Of a DNA stretch of 64,000 nucleotides, positions 51,263-63,928 are shown piece after piece. Origin of the DNA: Vermamoeba vermiformis. Its lineage: Eukaryota. Made by a program: the position numbers and the translations under genes. The stretch is from positions 372,001 to 436,000 of the forward strand of contig JBEWZL010000152.1 of assembly GCA_045837725.1 (NCBI GenBank). Reading direction: 5' to 3'. The stretch's first letter is position 1, and every line of letters begins with the position of its first letter. The notes under the pieces are model-generated. The model made no database searches and was not told the DNA's origin. It saw only the letters and a list, made by a program, of their open reading frames with translations.

Positions 51263-54200
51263 TTACAGCGGTGCGAGCAGTGTTTCCAAGCTGTTGACTG
51301 CACTCGTCAGCGCGAGCACAAAGCCAGCAGTGGGTGCAGGAGCGAGTGGCACGGCATAGGGCGAGGTACCGAGCTCACTCGTGCCCGACAAGTACAGTGC
51401 GCGCAATGCTTGCACAATAGCGTGACCGTGTTGCGTGAAGTGCTGCACAATGAATGCCAAGAATTCAGGGTGTGGCTGCTGTTCCAAGGGCAGTCGTGTG
51501 CCTCGCAGTGTCTCGCACATGTGTTGCACGGACAAGATGAGTGCGCGCTCGTTGTAAATGCGGCTCTGTAGCGTGCCGTCACTCGTGCCGCGCAGTTTGT
51601 CGTACCCTGCTTCGAGGAAATAGGGCTCGCGCACTCCCAACACCAGTCCTTGCAGACTCAACAGCAGCTGTGGCGAGTGTTAGTCAGATCTGAGAATGAC
51701 ACGTGTCAACGAGTGACTTGCCTGCAAGAGATTGGAGGTGTCAGGATTCCAGTCCTCAGTGGTGCTCTTCGTGATCCACGTGCCCAACAGACTCAAACAG
51801 ACACTGCCGTCCGTGTTCAAGTTGGGATGCAACTTCTGACTGGTCTTGGAATAGTAGTGCACGAGCGGAGGGACTTGCGGATACTGATCGGGCAAGTAGA
51901 TGTCAAACACAAACAGGGACTGAAAGTTGAGGGTTAATTAATTGTTCTCTATCGCCTCTGTATATTCATTGAAATCATTCTGCGATGATTAATGCGGCTG
52001 TTACGGTACCTGATAGTACGGCGTGTCTTTCGGGCCAACGATGAGTGCTTTCAAGAGGTCAATGCGTCCCTCGAACACTTTGATGTAGATGCCAGGTGTC
52101 ACATTCTGTTGCAGCGTGGTCCATTCTTTCATCACCAAGTTGCAGAACTCGCTCGTAATATTTACCTGCAGATAAAGACTCTCTGTTAGTCGATGTTAAC
52201 AGCGTGCACATTGCGCTACTGACATGGCTGCGTGTGAGGAAGTGATGTTGCGCCACCTCTTCGAGCACTTCGAAGGATGCAACACTGTCATTCAGCTCAC
52301 TCGCACTGACACTTGGTGGCACAATGGACTGCGTTTCATGCGCGACAGTACTCGAGGGTTGAAGCCACTGCTGCAGTTTGGTGATGGCAGACCAGAGCAG
52401 TCCTGAGCTCTGTGCCTCACTCTGCGCCGTGTCCTCTGCACTCTCCTCGCTCCCTTCGTACTCCTCGCCACTCTCTTCGTCGCTCAGCTCGTCAGTGTAC
52501 TCGTCGCTCAGCACGAACAGTTCGCCAGGCCACATCTCGCTGCTCACACCGCTCGTCCACTGCACACTGATGCGAGGCCCGTGCAGTGCAGTCACTTCAC
52601 CGAGCCACTCGTGCACGGTCAGTCCTGTCTCGCGCTGTGTGGGCAGTCGCAGCACGACATCGCCGAGCTGATAGCTGAAGTCAGGGTGCGCGCACAGATC
52701 GTAGATTGACACTTGTTCTGTCACGTGCTCGTCGGGCACTGTCAAGTCACTCTTGAGCCACATGACTACAGCTGTCTGGTGCGCGGCATTGACACTTTGA
52801 ATGACACCTGTCACTTCACCGCGTGTCACAAAGTCGTCGGGCTGGAAGTCATTCTCCAACAAGTGATCACGTGATTTCAACAGCGTGCTGTCCACGTGTG
52901 CTGTCACTGTGCCATCCTGCCACTTGACATCGACATATGTCCGTGTGCGAATAATGCGCGCGGTCACCCATTGCAAGCCTTGCAGGGCTGGTGGGAGGTT
53001 ATTTCCTAATTTGGAAGGTGAAATCAAACACCAGTCGCCCAGTTGCCAAGTGTAGGGCTGCGAGTACTGCAGCACGTGCAATGTAGCGACTGGCACGTGG
53101 CGAGGAGGGGCCAGCACGTGATTTCCATTTTCGGTAATTTGTTGCGCTGCTGACCACGTGACTCCAGCCCACACTGGTATGACACGTGTCACCACACCAT
53201 ACTTGTGCGCACGTGGAATGAAATTTCCTTCAGTGTACTCCGCGAATGGCTCAGTTTCATCTTCGGGCACGTGATTCGCATCTTGCAAGAGGCCCTGTGA
53301 AATTTCAACGACTTGACCCACGTGATAATCCACGCATTCATGAACAATCTGCAAATAGAGCTCTTCGTCCCAACTGCCCTCGTCCGAGTCATAGTTTGAC
53401 ACGCTGTCACTTGCCTCGCTGTCTGATGACGTGTCACTCGCGGTGGAGTCACGTGACTGTTCTTCATCTTCAACCTCCGCGTCAGTGTTCAGTGAACCGC
53501 TGGAATGATGTTGCTTGAATTTCTTGAACTGCAGCCACAGCGCACGCCAATTGACAGCTGCATCGTTGACAGGTGTCACTAGCTCTACCGTCGCGTTGTG
53601 AATCAGAGCACGTGACCCATTCACGAACTGAACTTCTACGTGACTCATCACTGATGACACGTGTCAAAATGAGGCCCGTGCCATGAGTGCTAAAAATAAC
53701 TTACCGCCGTCTATTTTTCCGACCCAATTCGAGCCCTGGTGACTGAGTGCCACGTGACTGCCGTGCTCGATGGTGATTGGGCGCACATCACGTGACGAGA
53801 TCTCGTTGAAGACAGTGACATCACGTGACTTCTTCGGTCCATATTTGGAAGTGATCTTCTTGGTGAGCGCGGCGAGGTCGTCGAGGGGCGAGGAGTACAC
53901 GGCCAGATCCAGCCCCAACTGCGCGACATTAGGCCTGGTCGTGCATATATATGTATATGTGGTGTGTACTGACCTGCACTGCCTGCACGGTGCCTGATTG
54001 CGCGGCATTGCACACCACGTCTGCGGGCTGAAAAGCACGATCGACCACCGTCACCTGATCTGCAGCCTCGATCGTGAGCACGTGATTCTCTTCCAGGCCT
54101 GTGTCGTCGTCGAGGGGCCAGGACAGCTTGATTTGGTTCGGTTCAGTGAACGGCTCTTCGTCCTCGTCCACATCCGCGGCTAGCTCTTCATTCTCCCACG

Positions 54201-54351
54201 CCACTAGAGACAGATCAGTTTGGTGTGCAGAATATTTAATATATATTGTCCTGATATTAATACCTTTGGTCACAATGGCCAGACTGGTCGGCTCGTCGTT
54301 TACATAGACCAGATCCTCTTCAAAAATGTTGGGTGGATCTTTAGTGGCCAT
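51263..54351 (-). CDS. UBE2O: UBE2O-like E2/E3 hybrid ubiquitin-conjugating enzyme
   Basis: VVDRAFQPADVV, TYVDVKWQDG, HPDFSYQLGDVVLRL; UBC domain RIDLLKALIVGPKDTPY..YPQVPP..HPNLNTDGSVCLSLLGTW..EPYFLEAG. Confidence 0.9.
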
Positions 54352-54562
54352 TCACGAAGCAGTCAACTAATACGTACTAGGGGATATATATTACAAATTA
54401 ATACAACAAATGTGCACGAATTCGGGCAATGTGTTCTGGCCGTAGTGTTGATGTTCTTCGCGTGTGAGGAATGAAATGTTTTTTCAGCCGAGATCCAGCT
54501 CTTGACAACAGCTCACTGACGTCGAATAATTTATATAAATAATATCACAAACTGTAAATATC

Positions 54563-56373
54563 ATGAGTGTGCTGTCTAAAGATTCAGTCAAGATCATTGC
54601 CGAGACAGTCGGGATTAACACGATCAGCGAGGATGTTGCAACACACGTGTCCTCTGATGCTGAATATAGACTGCGCGAGATTATACAAGTATGCGATAGT
54701 GGTTAAGCAGCCTAATCTAGTCAAATAATATTAATTGGTGCTTATTAAAGGAAGCGATGAAATTTATGGTGCATAGCAAGCGAGAAAAATTAACTACAGA
54801 AGATATAAATAGCGCACTACGACTAAGAAATGTCGAGGTATGCATATGATACTACAGCGTTATTTTCGGAGCATAGAGAATATTTATTTATTTTTTCAGA
54901 TATTATTTATTCATTTTCATAATTCTTTTGACTATAATTGTCGTAACTAGCTTAAGATAACAAATAAATATTATATTAATGTCGAATGACAACACTATTA
55001 ACATGAAAATTGGTTAAAGGCGCTGTACGGTTATTCTACACGAGATCCGCTGCGGTTCGTGCGTGTGGCAGGTCAAAAAGACTTGTTCTACGTGGAGGAT
55101 CAAGAGCTCGATTTCAACGAACTGTTCAGCACCACGCCACTCGGTTCCAATCCGCTGCTCAAGATGCCCAAGTGTCCGCGTCAGATCTCCCTGCAAGTGC
55201 ATTGGCTCGCAGTGCAGGGCGTGCAGGTAATTACTACACTATTGTGCCTATACTGTGCATATATATTGAGCATACACGTACTCACGCACTGCAGCCACAA
55301 GTGCCGCAGAACCCGAACTTCACGACCACGAGCAGCGAGGTGAGTGAGCCGAGTGTCAAGAAGTCGAGCGAGGACGAGGCAGCGGTGGTGAGTGCCACGA
55401 CTGTCGTGTCGAGCGAGGGCGATGTCGAGGTGAAGCAGACCGTCAAGCACGTGCTCAGCAAGGAACAGCAGCTCTACTACAAGAAGATCACTGACGCCGT
55501 GCTCGCGGTCAAACAAGGTGTGAGCAGTGACCACGAGGAGCTGTTGCACGCAGCCCTCACCTCGCTGAGCACCGACCCCGGCATTCATCAGCTGCTGCCC
55601 TACTTCACCAAGTTCATTGCCACCAATGTCACCAACAACTTGCGCCAGCTGCGGCTGTTGCGTGCACTGATGCAAATGATTGAAGCCATGTTGAAGAGCT
55701 CCTATTTGCATCTCGAGCCATATTTGCACCAACTCATGCCCGCCATGCTCACTTGTCTCGTCGGCAAACGACTGTGCGAGTCACCGACGGAAAATCACTG
55801 GGAATTGCGGGACTTTGCCGCACAGCTGGTGGCACGCATCTGTCGCCGCTACGGCAAGGAATATCGTGATTTGCAGCCACGCATCACCAAGACACTGCTG
55901 CACGCCTTTTTAGACCCCGTCAAGCCACTCACCACACACTACGGCGCTATTGTCGGTCTCGGCAAGATGGGCCCGCTGGTGGTGCAAAGCTTGTTATTGC
56001 CTAATATGGTAGCGTATCTGAATCTGTTGCTGCCAGAGCTCACAGCTGCCAATCCAATCAAACGACTCGAGGCCAACAAGTGCTATGGTGCATTATTGGT
56101 GCGATATATATATGAGGCATAACAGAACTGACTGATTACTCACACGTACCGCAGAATGTTTCAGGCACGTACTTTGCATACGCGATGGATCTGTCCGCCA
56201 CCACGAGCAGTCTCAAGTCCAAGACCAACAAAGAAGCAGACAACGACAAGAAAACAGTGCACGAACTGCTGCCCGACTTTGCGCACTACTACAAGCAGCT
56301 GTACGACATCTTTGGCGAGGCACTGCTGCCGTACTTGAAACAGAACCGCGAAGTACTGAGCACCATTCTTTAA
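54563..56373 (+). CDS. TAF6: TFIID subunit 6
   Basis: Histone fold AEYRLREIIQEAMKFMVHSKR; HWLAVQGVQP; KHVLSKEQQLYY; DPGIHQLLPYF; NHWELRDFAA; THYGAIVGL. Confidence 0.95.
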
Positions 56374-56454
56374 TTCTCAACACCTGTACAAGTAATATAA
56401 TAATAATCGTTGTGGATAAATGCGCGCTGAGAATTAGCTGCCCTTGTATGTACA

Positions 56455-59400
56455 TTATTCCGCGGTGTTATTTTTAGCTTGCTTTTGACGCTGTTTTTCC
56501 GCTTTCCACTGCTCAATGCGCTGCTTGAGCTCGACATCGGGCTTGAGCATGTCGAGGGTGAGGGGCTGACGATTGAACGGATCAGTCGGCGAGGTGAGCA
56601 AGTGGCGCGTGATCACCGTGCGGTCGATGGTCATGCCCGAGGGCAGCACCACGGGGTCACTCATCACCGTGCTCAACAGCGGGTCCAAGAACTCGTCAGG
56701 CGCGTCACTCAGATCCAGTTCATCCTCGCGTGCCTGCGCTGCTTCTTCTTCAATGGCACGCAGCACTTCGTCAAAGCTGTGCACGTGTTCGCTGCTCAAC
56801 AGACTCTTGTTCTTCAGCACTTCACTCACGCGCTGCCACGTGCGCAGATCAAATGCACGTGTGTCACGCACAATGGCGCGCACAAAGTCCTGGCTGCGCA
56901 AGCCAATAGCGATCAGTGCCAGACGTGTCAGCAGTTCACCAGGTGAGAATCGTGCGCGGCGATGAGGCTGCACGGCGAGTCTCGCAGCATTCGGTCCGAC
57001 GAGTTGACGCGTGAAATAATTGACGAGCACGGCCAATCGCTCCAACACCTCTGCGCGGTGCAGCACTGAACTGCCGTCATCGAGCTTGGTGACCACCACG
57101 AGCAGCTTGAGTGTGTCGTGTGCGAGCAGACTGAATGTGGTCATTTGATTGGTCTCCGTGTGCAGCTCTTGTTGCAGTTCAGTGCGGTGTTGTGCATCGC
57201 GTTGTGCCCACTGATCGCGGTCCTCCATCATCAGCTCAATCTCGCGAATGCGCGGCAGCTTGCTCATCAGTTCTTCGAGCAGGTACATGGCATCGTTCAT
57301 GATCATGTTCAAGAAGTGCATGAAGCGGTGCTCGTCGTGCATCACTGCGCGGAACTCGCTCGGGTACTCGTTGCTGGTGGAGGCACTCAGTCGTTCAGCG
57401 AGCAGTGCCAGCAACAGCTTGGCAATGTGGCGCCGCACAAAGAACTTGTCGTAGAACTGCGAGGCCCGGCCCGTGCGTTCAATGTCAATGTAGACATCGA
57501 GCAGTCCGTGCAGCACTGTGCGCGGTGCTTGGTCTTGCAGTGGATCTGCTTCCCAGGACAGGCGCGCACGTGACGGCAGTTCAGCCCCGTCCTCGTCGAG
57601 GTGTCGATAGAGGGCTGTCATCTCCCACAAGACTTGCACCAACTTGCCGCGGAGATAGGGCGAGTTGATGCCGTGCTGCTGGCCAGCGAGGGGTGCGAGG
57701 AACTTGACGATGAATGTGACGAGGTGGTGGTAGTGCTGGGGCGGCAAGTGCAGCTGATACACGTCCTCGAGATCTTGGGCGCGCACTGCTGCTTGCATCT
57801 TGAGCACGAACAGCACGAAGCTGGCGAGATCATCGACGAGATACTCGGGCACCAGCGCGAGGGCAGGCACGTGATGTTCAGCGAGGTGCAGCAGCCAGCG
57901 CGCAGTGAAGGAGTAGAACTGCAGGGCGTGTTGCAGCAGTTCAGGGTCCAAGAGCTGCGCGTCCATGGTCAGCTTCATCACGGCAAGGTTGTCAATCTGT
58001 TGCGCGAGTGCTGTCAACTGCTGCTCGTTCACGGCAGCCATCATCGCGTGTCCGCTCCACTCAGCACGTGTCGCATTCAGCTGCGCGCGTCGTTCTTGCA
58101 TGTGAATCAGTTGCTGCACGAACTGCAAATAGGCCTCGCAGCTGCTGGCCAGACCCGTGTGCAGCACTTGCAGCGTGGTGAAGAAACACTGCGTCACAAA
58201 GCTGTGATTGGTCAGTGCCGCGCTCGCACTGTCACGTGGCTCAGTCGTGATCAGCTTGGTCTCGCTGCTGTACTGCAAACCGAGACTGTTCTGCTGCAAA
58301 AATTCAACTTCAATGCTGCTGTGTTTGTCGAGCTTCAATTCAGTGAACGGCTGTGACAACTTCAACATGACAGCTGTCAAATTGAGGAACACACCGTCCG
58401 AGCACGTGGTCACTTGACGTGTCATCAAGTGTCCTAATTGAGAGCGCGACTTGTTCTGCTGGCACAGTGCCACCACGCACTCCAACACGCCTTCGGTGTC
58501 GCGCGACAGTGCTTTGCGCTCCATTTTGATCACCTGCGTGAGCGTGCTGGCGAGTGAGGTGTGCAGCGAGTGCAGCAGTGCGCGCAGTTGTGTGAAGGCC
58601 GCGGACAGTTGCGCACGTGTCACTTGACCGCGCTGTGGGAAGTACTGCTGTGCCACCGCGAACTGTTTGTAGCTGCAGAGTGACAGCGCGGGACCGAGCA
58701 GTGATTCGAGCTCGAATTGGCGACCGTTCATGAACCGTGTGGGTGACCAAGCCACGTGACGCTTGATGCTGGCAGCGAGGGCAGGGTGACAGCTGAACAG
58801 TCGCAAGAAAATAGCTGCAATGGATAGCGAGTGCGTGTCAACCAGGGCACCACGCGAGATCTTGCGCGCGAGATCGCTGACCAGGGGATGAATCACGTGA
58901 TCGAGCGTGTCACCGTGCTGATCAGCTACCAGGGCCAGCAGTGCAGAACTGACTTGCAGCTCGTAATCTCCTGAATATCTCGACATGCTCGAATTAGCAT
59001 CCGCTAATAATAGCTCTTCCAAAATAGGCCATGTGACAGTATTCTGCTCGCACAGTGGTGACAGCAGTGCCGTGTCTTGCAGCACCAGACCCAAATAAGT
59101 CGCGATCGATCGTTCCACTGTTGTCACGTGCTCTGCGGTGCTCCACGTGCGACCTGTCAGCTGATCACGTGCTCGGTTGAAGCTCCGCACGAGATACTCA
59201 ATGGCATCACGTGACGCGGTGAATTGTGCGAGTCTCTCGAGCAGCAGCGAGTCCACGTGACCAGGTGTCAAAGTGTCACTCGCGCTGTGTGTCAATTCGT
59301 CACTCAGCCCTGGTAGATGGGCACGATCTTTGCTGGCACCTGTCAATGATACGCGGAATATTTCGAGCAATCGTTCATGAAGCAACTGCGCCGGAGACTT

Positions 59401-60089
59401 GACTTTGACAGGTGTCGTGTCAGTGAGGGGGCTGGTGGCACTCTGCTCGCTCTGAGGGGCAGTCTCGTGCTTGGTGTAATGGCCCTCATGCTTATTGTTG
59501 TCCTCGTTATTAAGGCCCGCAGTATTATTGTTATCATTAAGGCCCTCACTATTATAGGATGGGCCCTCACTCTGCGTCCTCGTCTCGCTCTTGGTGCTCA
59601 CACGTGTCAAGAACTGCGCGTTGAGCTCCTGATGACTGCGCACGGGCTCGCTGTGCTGCACTGGCTCTGTGCGCGCAGTGGACTGTGTCACAACGGGCTC
59701 GCTCGTCGTCAATTTGTAGCGACGCAAGCGCTTGTTGCGCAGCTCTTCGGATGTGGAGGGATCTTGAACGGGTGCTGGAGCAGGAGTGATGTTGGTGTTG
59801 TTAGTATTTTCTACTCTTCGCGGTACATGTTGTTTGGTCAATAGCTGAACATTTACAGTAATTAGCGACAATATTAATTATTTTTCAAATTAATGCTAAA
59901 TATTCGTCGACGAAGTTGTGCCTTCACTGCAAATTGAATACTAACAGCATACGGACGATGCGCTAATAATAAAAGTACAGCGCTTACCTTTCGCAAAAAC
60001 ACGGCTAATACCAAGACAACAACGACGAAGAACCAAATAAAGTTGTTGGATGTGGCGGTGTCTACGCCAGTCGCTTGTTGTTCCTCCAT
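56455..60089 (-). CDS. UFD2: U-box ubiquitin conjugation factor E4 (UFD2/UBE4) with predicted N-terminal TM helix
   Basis: Ufd2 core ([39 protein letters not shown]) and U-box [19 protein letters not shown]. Exon 1 (60089-59988) splices in phase 0 to 59844. Confidence 0.9.
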
Positions 60090-60330
60090 TGCATTGTAGT
60101 GATGCAAAGGTTGATATAAAATACTTACTCCATGTTTACACCCAATTCCACCACGCACCATGAAATCTCCTCGGTCGAGAATTCTAGATGCGTTCTTTGA
60201 TTTTCTGAGAACTGACAATGACGCGCTGCCTCCGTACTGAGTGTGCCAATCCAACGTATAATCATCATTGCAACATATCTCGATTAACAAGTGGCCTTTA
60301 TTTGCACTCGTACACGATATACACAGGGTT

Positions 60331-63028
60331 TTATTTGGCTTGTTTGGGTGCGCCAGGTCCTATAAATAGAGCCGCTGGTCAGATCTGCTACTTGATCGCT
60401 GCTACACGAGCTAGCGCGACTACTTACCAGGCACATATCCGCGACCCATCTGTGGCTGCGAGGGATAGGGTGCGCGGGGCTGCGCAGTGGCACCAGGCAC
60501 TTGTTGTTGTCCCGCCCAGTACTGTGGTGGCACATTGCCAGTGCCTTGCGGTGGCATCCAATAATACACAGGGCGTTGTTGTGCGGGGTAAGTGCCAGGC
60601 TGGGGATAGTTGCCAGGATAGGGCCCTGGTGCACCGGGCTGCGGTTGAGGTTTGGGCGCGAGTTTGGGATCGGCAGGGTATGGTGGCACATAGCCAGGAT
60701 AGGGCAAGGTGGGGGGCAGCGCATCGAGATCGGGAGTCTTGGGCAGCATGCTGGGTGAGGTCGGGGCTGGTGACATGTAGGGCATGGGCTGCAGGGGCGG
60801 CATGAAATCGGGGTGCGGAATAACATTGGGTGGCATCATCATCGACATGGGCTGTGGTGGCACCCACTGACCCTCGTAGCCGTACTCGTTCATGAACGCG
60901 TAGTCGTCGTAGCCGTAGTCCACGCCCATCATGTAATTGCCCTCCACGGCCATGTACTCCATGCCAGGTGCCATCACATTGGGCGCGGACGAATTCTGTG
61001 CTGGCACGCGATAACTCTCGCGATATCGACTGCCCTCCCACTGCGGCACCACATCACGTGCCACTTTCTTGCCGCCAGTGCTGGTGCGCTGTTTCATGGC
61101 GCGACAGTAGACCTCGGAGATGGACTGACGCGTGTCAATGTACGGGGCCTTGCGCGAGGCCGGGAAGAAGGACGAGACTGGGGGCTGTGGCACGGACTGC
61201 GAGGAGCCCAGCAGCGTGGCAGCGAGGGGCTTGAACTCTTGCGCATTGGGATTCAGCTTCAGCTTGGGACGGGCGGGGGCTGGGGCGGTGGCACTGGTGG
61301 CACTCTTCTTGTCCTCCGCAGCGGGCTTGGCAGTGCCACGTGTCTGCAAAAATGACTTTTTCTGCGCGAGTTCGGTGCTGAACTTCTTGAATTCTTGCAA
61401 AGTCTGTTCGCGGCGCTCAGTCTTGCTCTTCTCTTTGAGACTGAAGTTGACAAAGTCCTGCAGCACCTTCTCACTCATCTTGGGCGACGCGGGCTGCAAG
61501 TTGAGGGCACTGACGGCTTTGGGGTCACTGATCAGCGGTGAGGTGCGGCCGTGCAGCTTGGGCGAGGTGTGTCCTGCGAGCTGTTGTTTGAGTCGCTTGA
61601 ACTCCGTCACCAGCACCGTGCGGTCCTGCGGTGTGACGGGCGGTGACATGTACACGGACAGCGAGGCCGTTCTGTTGCCACGCACTCGCTTCAGCAGCGA
61701 GGGCTGACTGTTGCTGCGTGTCTGCACGCGTCCAATGAGATCTTCCGCCTCTCTGGACTCTGCTGGCACTGTGCCACTCTCCGTGTTGGTGTTATTGCCA
61801 ATTTTGTCCGCACTCTGCGTCAACACACTCGCGCTGGCACCTGTCACACGTGGTGGTGCATCGGTGCCACGTCGTGCTGGCACTACGTATTTGGACTTGG
61901 GTGCGACAGCGGTGCTATTATTAGCCGCGCTATTATTAGCAGCAGGCTCCAATTTGATCTTCGCCTCGTTGGGCCGCAACACACTGGAATAGCGCTCCTC
62001 CTCGTCCAAGTGCTCAAAATTGACTTGTCCGCGCTCCTCTGCGATGTGTATGTTGTCCGACTGATCTGCCAATATCTCCGCGGCAATGCGCTGTGCCTCG
62101 TGCTCCAACTTCTTGTAGCTGGGATCGCTCTTGTTGATCACACTCGTGTAGATCTCCTCGCGGAAGGTGCTCTTCACGCCAAACTTGCGCTGATTCACTT
62201 CGAACTGGTCCCAACTGCCCGTAGTGTGCGCACCTTCGTCGAACTCCAGACTCGCGTGACTGGCAATGGGCGGATCCAGCTTGAACGGCACGAACTGTTT
62301 CTCGTGCAGATTGCGTCGCTTGGAGATACCGACGTCCGTGAACTCGTCGTTGTACTCGTCGTGGTAGTCGTACTCGTCGCCGCGCAGTTCCACGCCCTCG
62401 CTCTTCACTGCCTCCTCGCGCACGAACAGCCCGCCCTGGCCCTCGTGATACAGCGCGTGCAGGCCACTGTCTGCGCCCACCACATCGACCTCGCGCGCCA
62501 CGATCTGCACCACCTCCTCGCCACTCAACAGCACTCGTGCCGCAGGACGAGCCAGCACGTCACTCTTCTTGCGCGCCCAGGACAGCACCACGGCCAGTGC
62601 GCCGATGGGCTGTTGCGCACGTGACTTGGCCGCAGCGAGCAGTGCAGCAGGATCCGCGCCACTGCCAAAGTCGACGAGCAGCTCGTTGTAGTTGTGCGGC
62701 GAAGAGAGTCCTACGGTGTGGAAGTGTCCCTCCCAGATCTGCTGGTCACGTGTCTGCACTTCCACGCGCTGACCCTGCACCTTATTGTAAGGACCAGGTA
62801 CATATATATATATGGCGCGTGCTGGACTTACAATGAAGCTCAACGCGATGAATAACATGCGCTCTAAGTTCCGATCAGCTGACTTGTCTTGATCCGTTCT
62901 GAAAGCAGTTTCAAAATTAATTTTAAAAATCATATTGACTCTATATAACGCATTTGTATTGTCGCTACATACTTGTGATCATTTGTCTTCTTATCCACAT
63001 TATTTTTATTTTTCTGTGCTTTGCTCAT
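60331..63028 (-). CDS. ATXN2: Ataxin-2/Pbp1 homolog (LSm, LsmAD, PAM2)
   Basis: FTDVGIS, WDQFEVNQRKFGVKSTFREEIYT, HIAEERG, EEERYSSVLR; PAM2 KLKLNPNAQEFKP; Pro/Gln/Tyr-rich tail. Confidence 0.9.
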
Positions 63029-63271
63029 TGTAAGTCATATGGAGTGTAATAGTCTCGCTGAATCACTGACTGAGATAATAATATAAATAATAATAATTAA
63101 TATACAAAAGTTGTTAGTGTCTGGTGCTGGTCTAATTACACAAAAATGAATGAAGCAGATCCAAGCCGCACACTCGTTTTATCGATAAGACACGAACACA
63201 ACATCGAATAGCACCCACTGTGTCCTTGTATATTAGTTTTATTATAAGCCCTATCAGCTTGAAAGTCACAG

Positions 63272-63928
63272 ATGGACGCATTCCAATCAATTAAGGCAAG
63301 TTCGACAGCTCCGTCAACACGCAAGCTTACACGACGACCAAAATTCAATATAATGCGCCAATATTAATAACGATATTAGGGCTCATCGTGGCTAATGTTG
63401 GTGCTCGTAGCAGTGCTGTGGGGCGTGACCAATCCGCTCATGAAGCGCGGCAGCAGCGGCATTGCGAGTGAGCGCGCAGACAAGCCCAAGTCCAAGTATA
63501 TAATAGTGCGCCTATTCTCTGATCTCCTCGATCTGTTCACTCGTCCCCTCTACTTGCTCTCATTCGCGGTGAATATGATCGGATCTGTCTTGTTCATTCT
63601 CTCGCTGTCCACACTCGGTACTCGTTGCCTATCATAGCTATATATGTACGTGTGTCTAACGCGCAGCAGACATCTCGCTGAGCACACCACTGACCAATTC
63701 ACTCACCTTCTTGTTCACCACCATCACTTCGCGACTGCTCGGCGAACAAGCGCTCAATACATGCAAGTGATTGTATATATATAATGTGATTATATGACTA
63801 TGATTATTATACTATGATGATATCAATATGATGGAACATCCGTACTTACTGATCGCACGACAGATTCAGTGCTGGGCATGATCAGCGTGCTGATTGGTGT
63901 CACTATTTGTGTCAGCAGCAAAGTGTGA
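63272..63928 (+). CDS. TMEM234: TMEM234-like small membrane transporter-family protein (start at 63272 or 63395)
   Basis: VAVLWGVTNPLMKRGS, FAVNMIGSVLF, ADISLSTPLTNSLTFLFT..LLGE, GMISVLIGVTICV. Confidence 0.88.

Noticed and set aside
56479-62836. Many long plus-strand ORFs opposite UFD2 and Ataxin-2
   Set aside because: Shadow ORFs expected in GC-rich coding DNA; no motifs.
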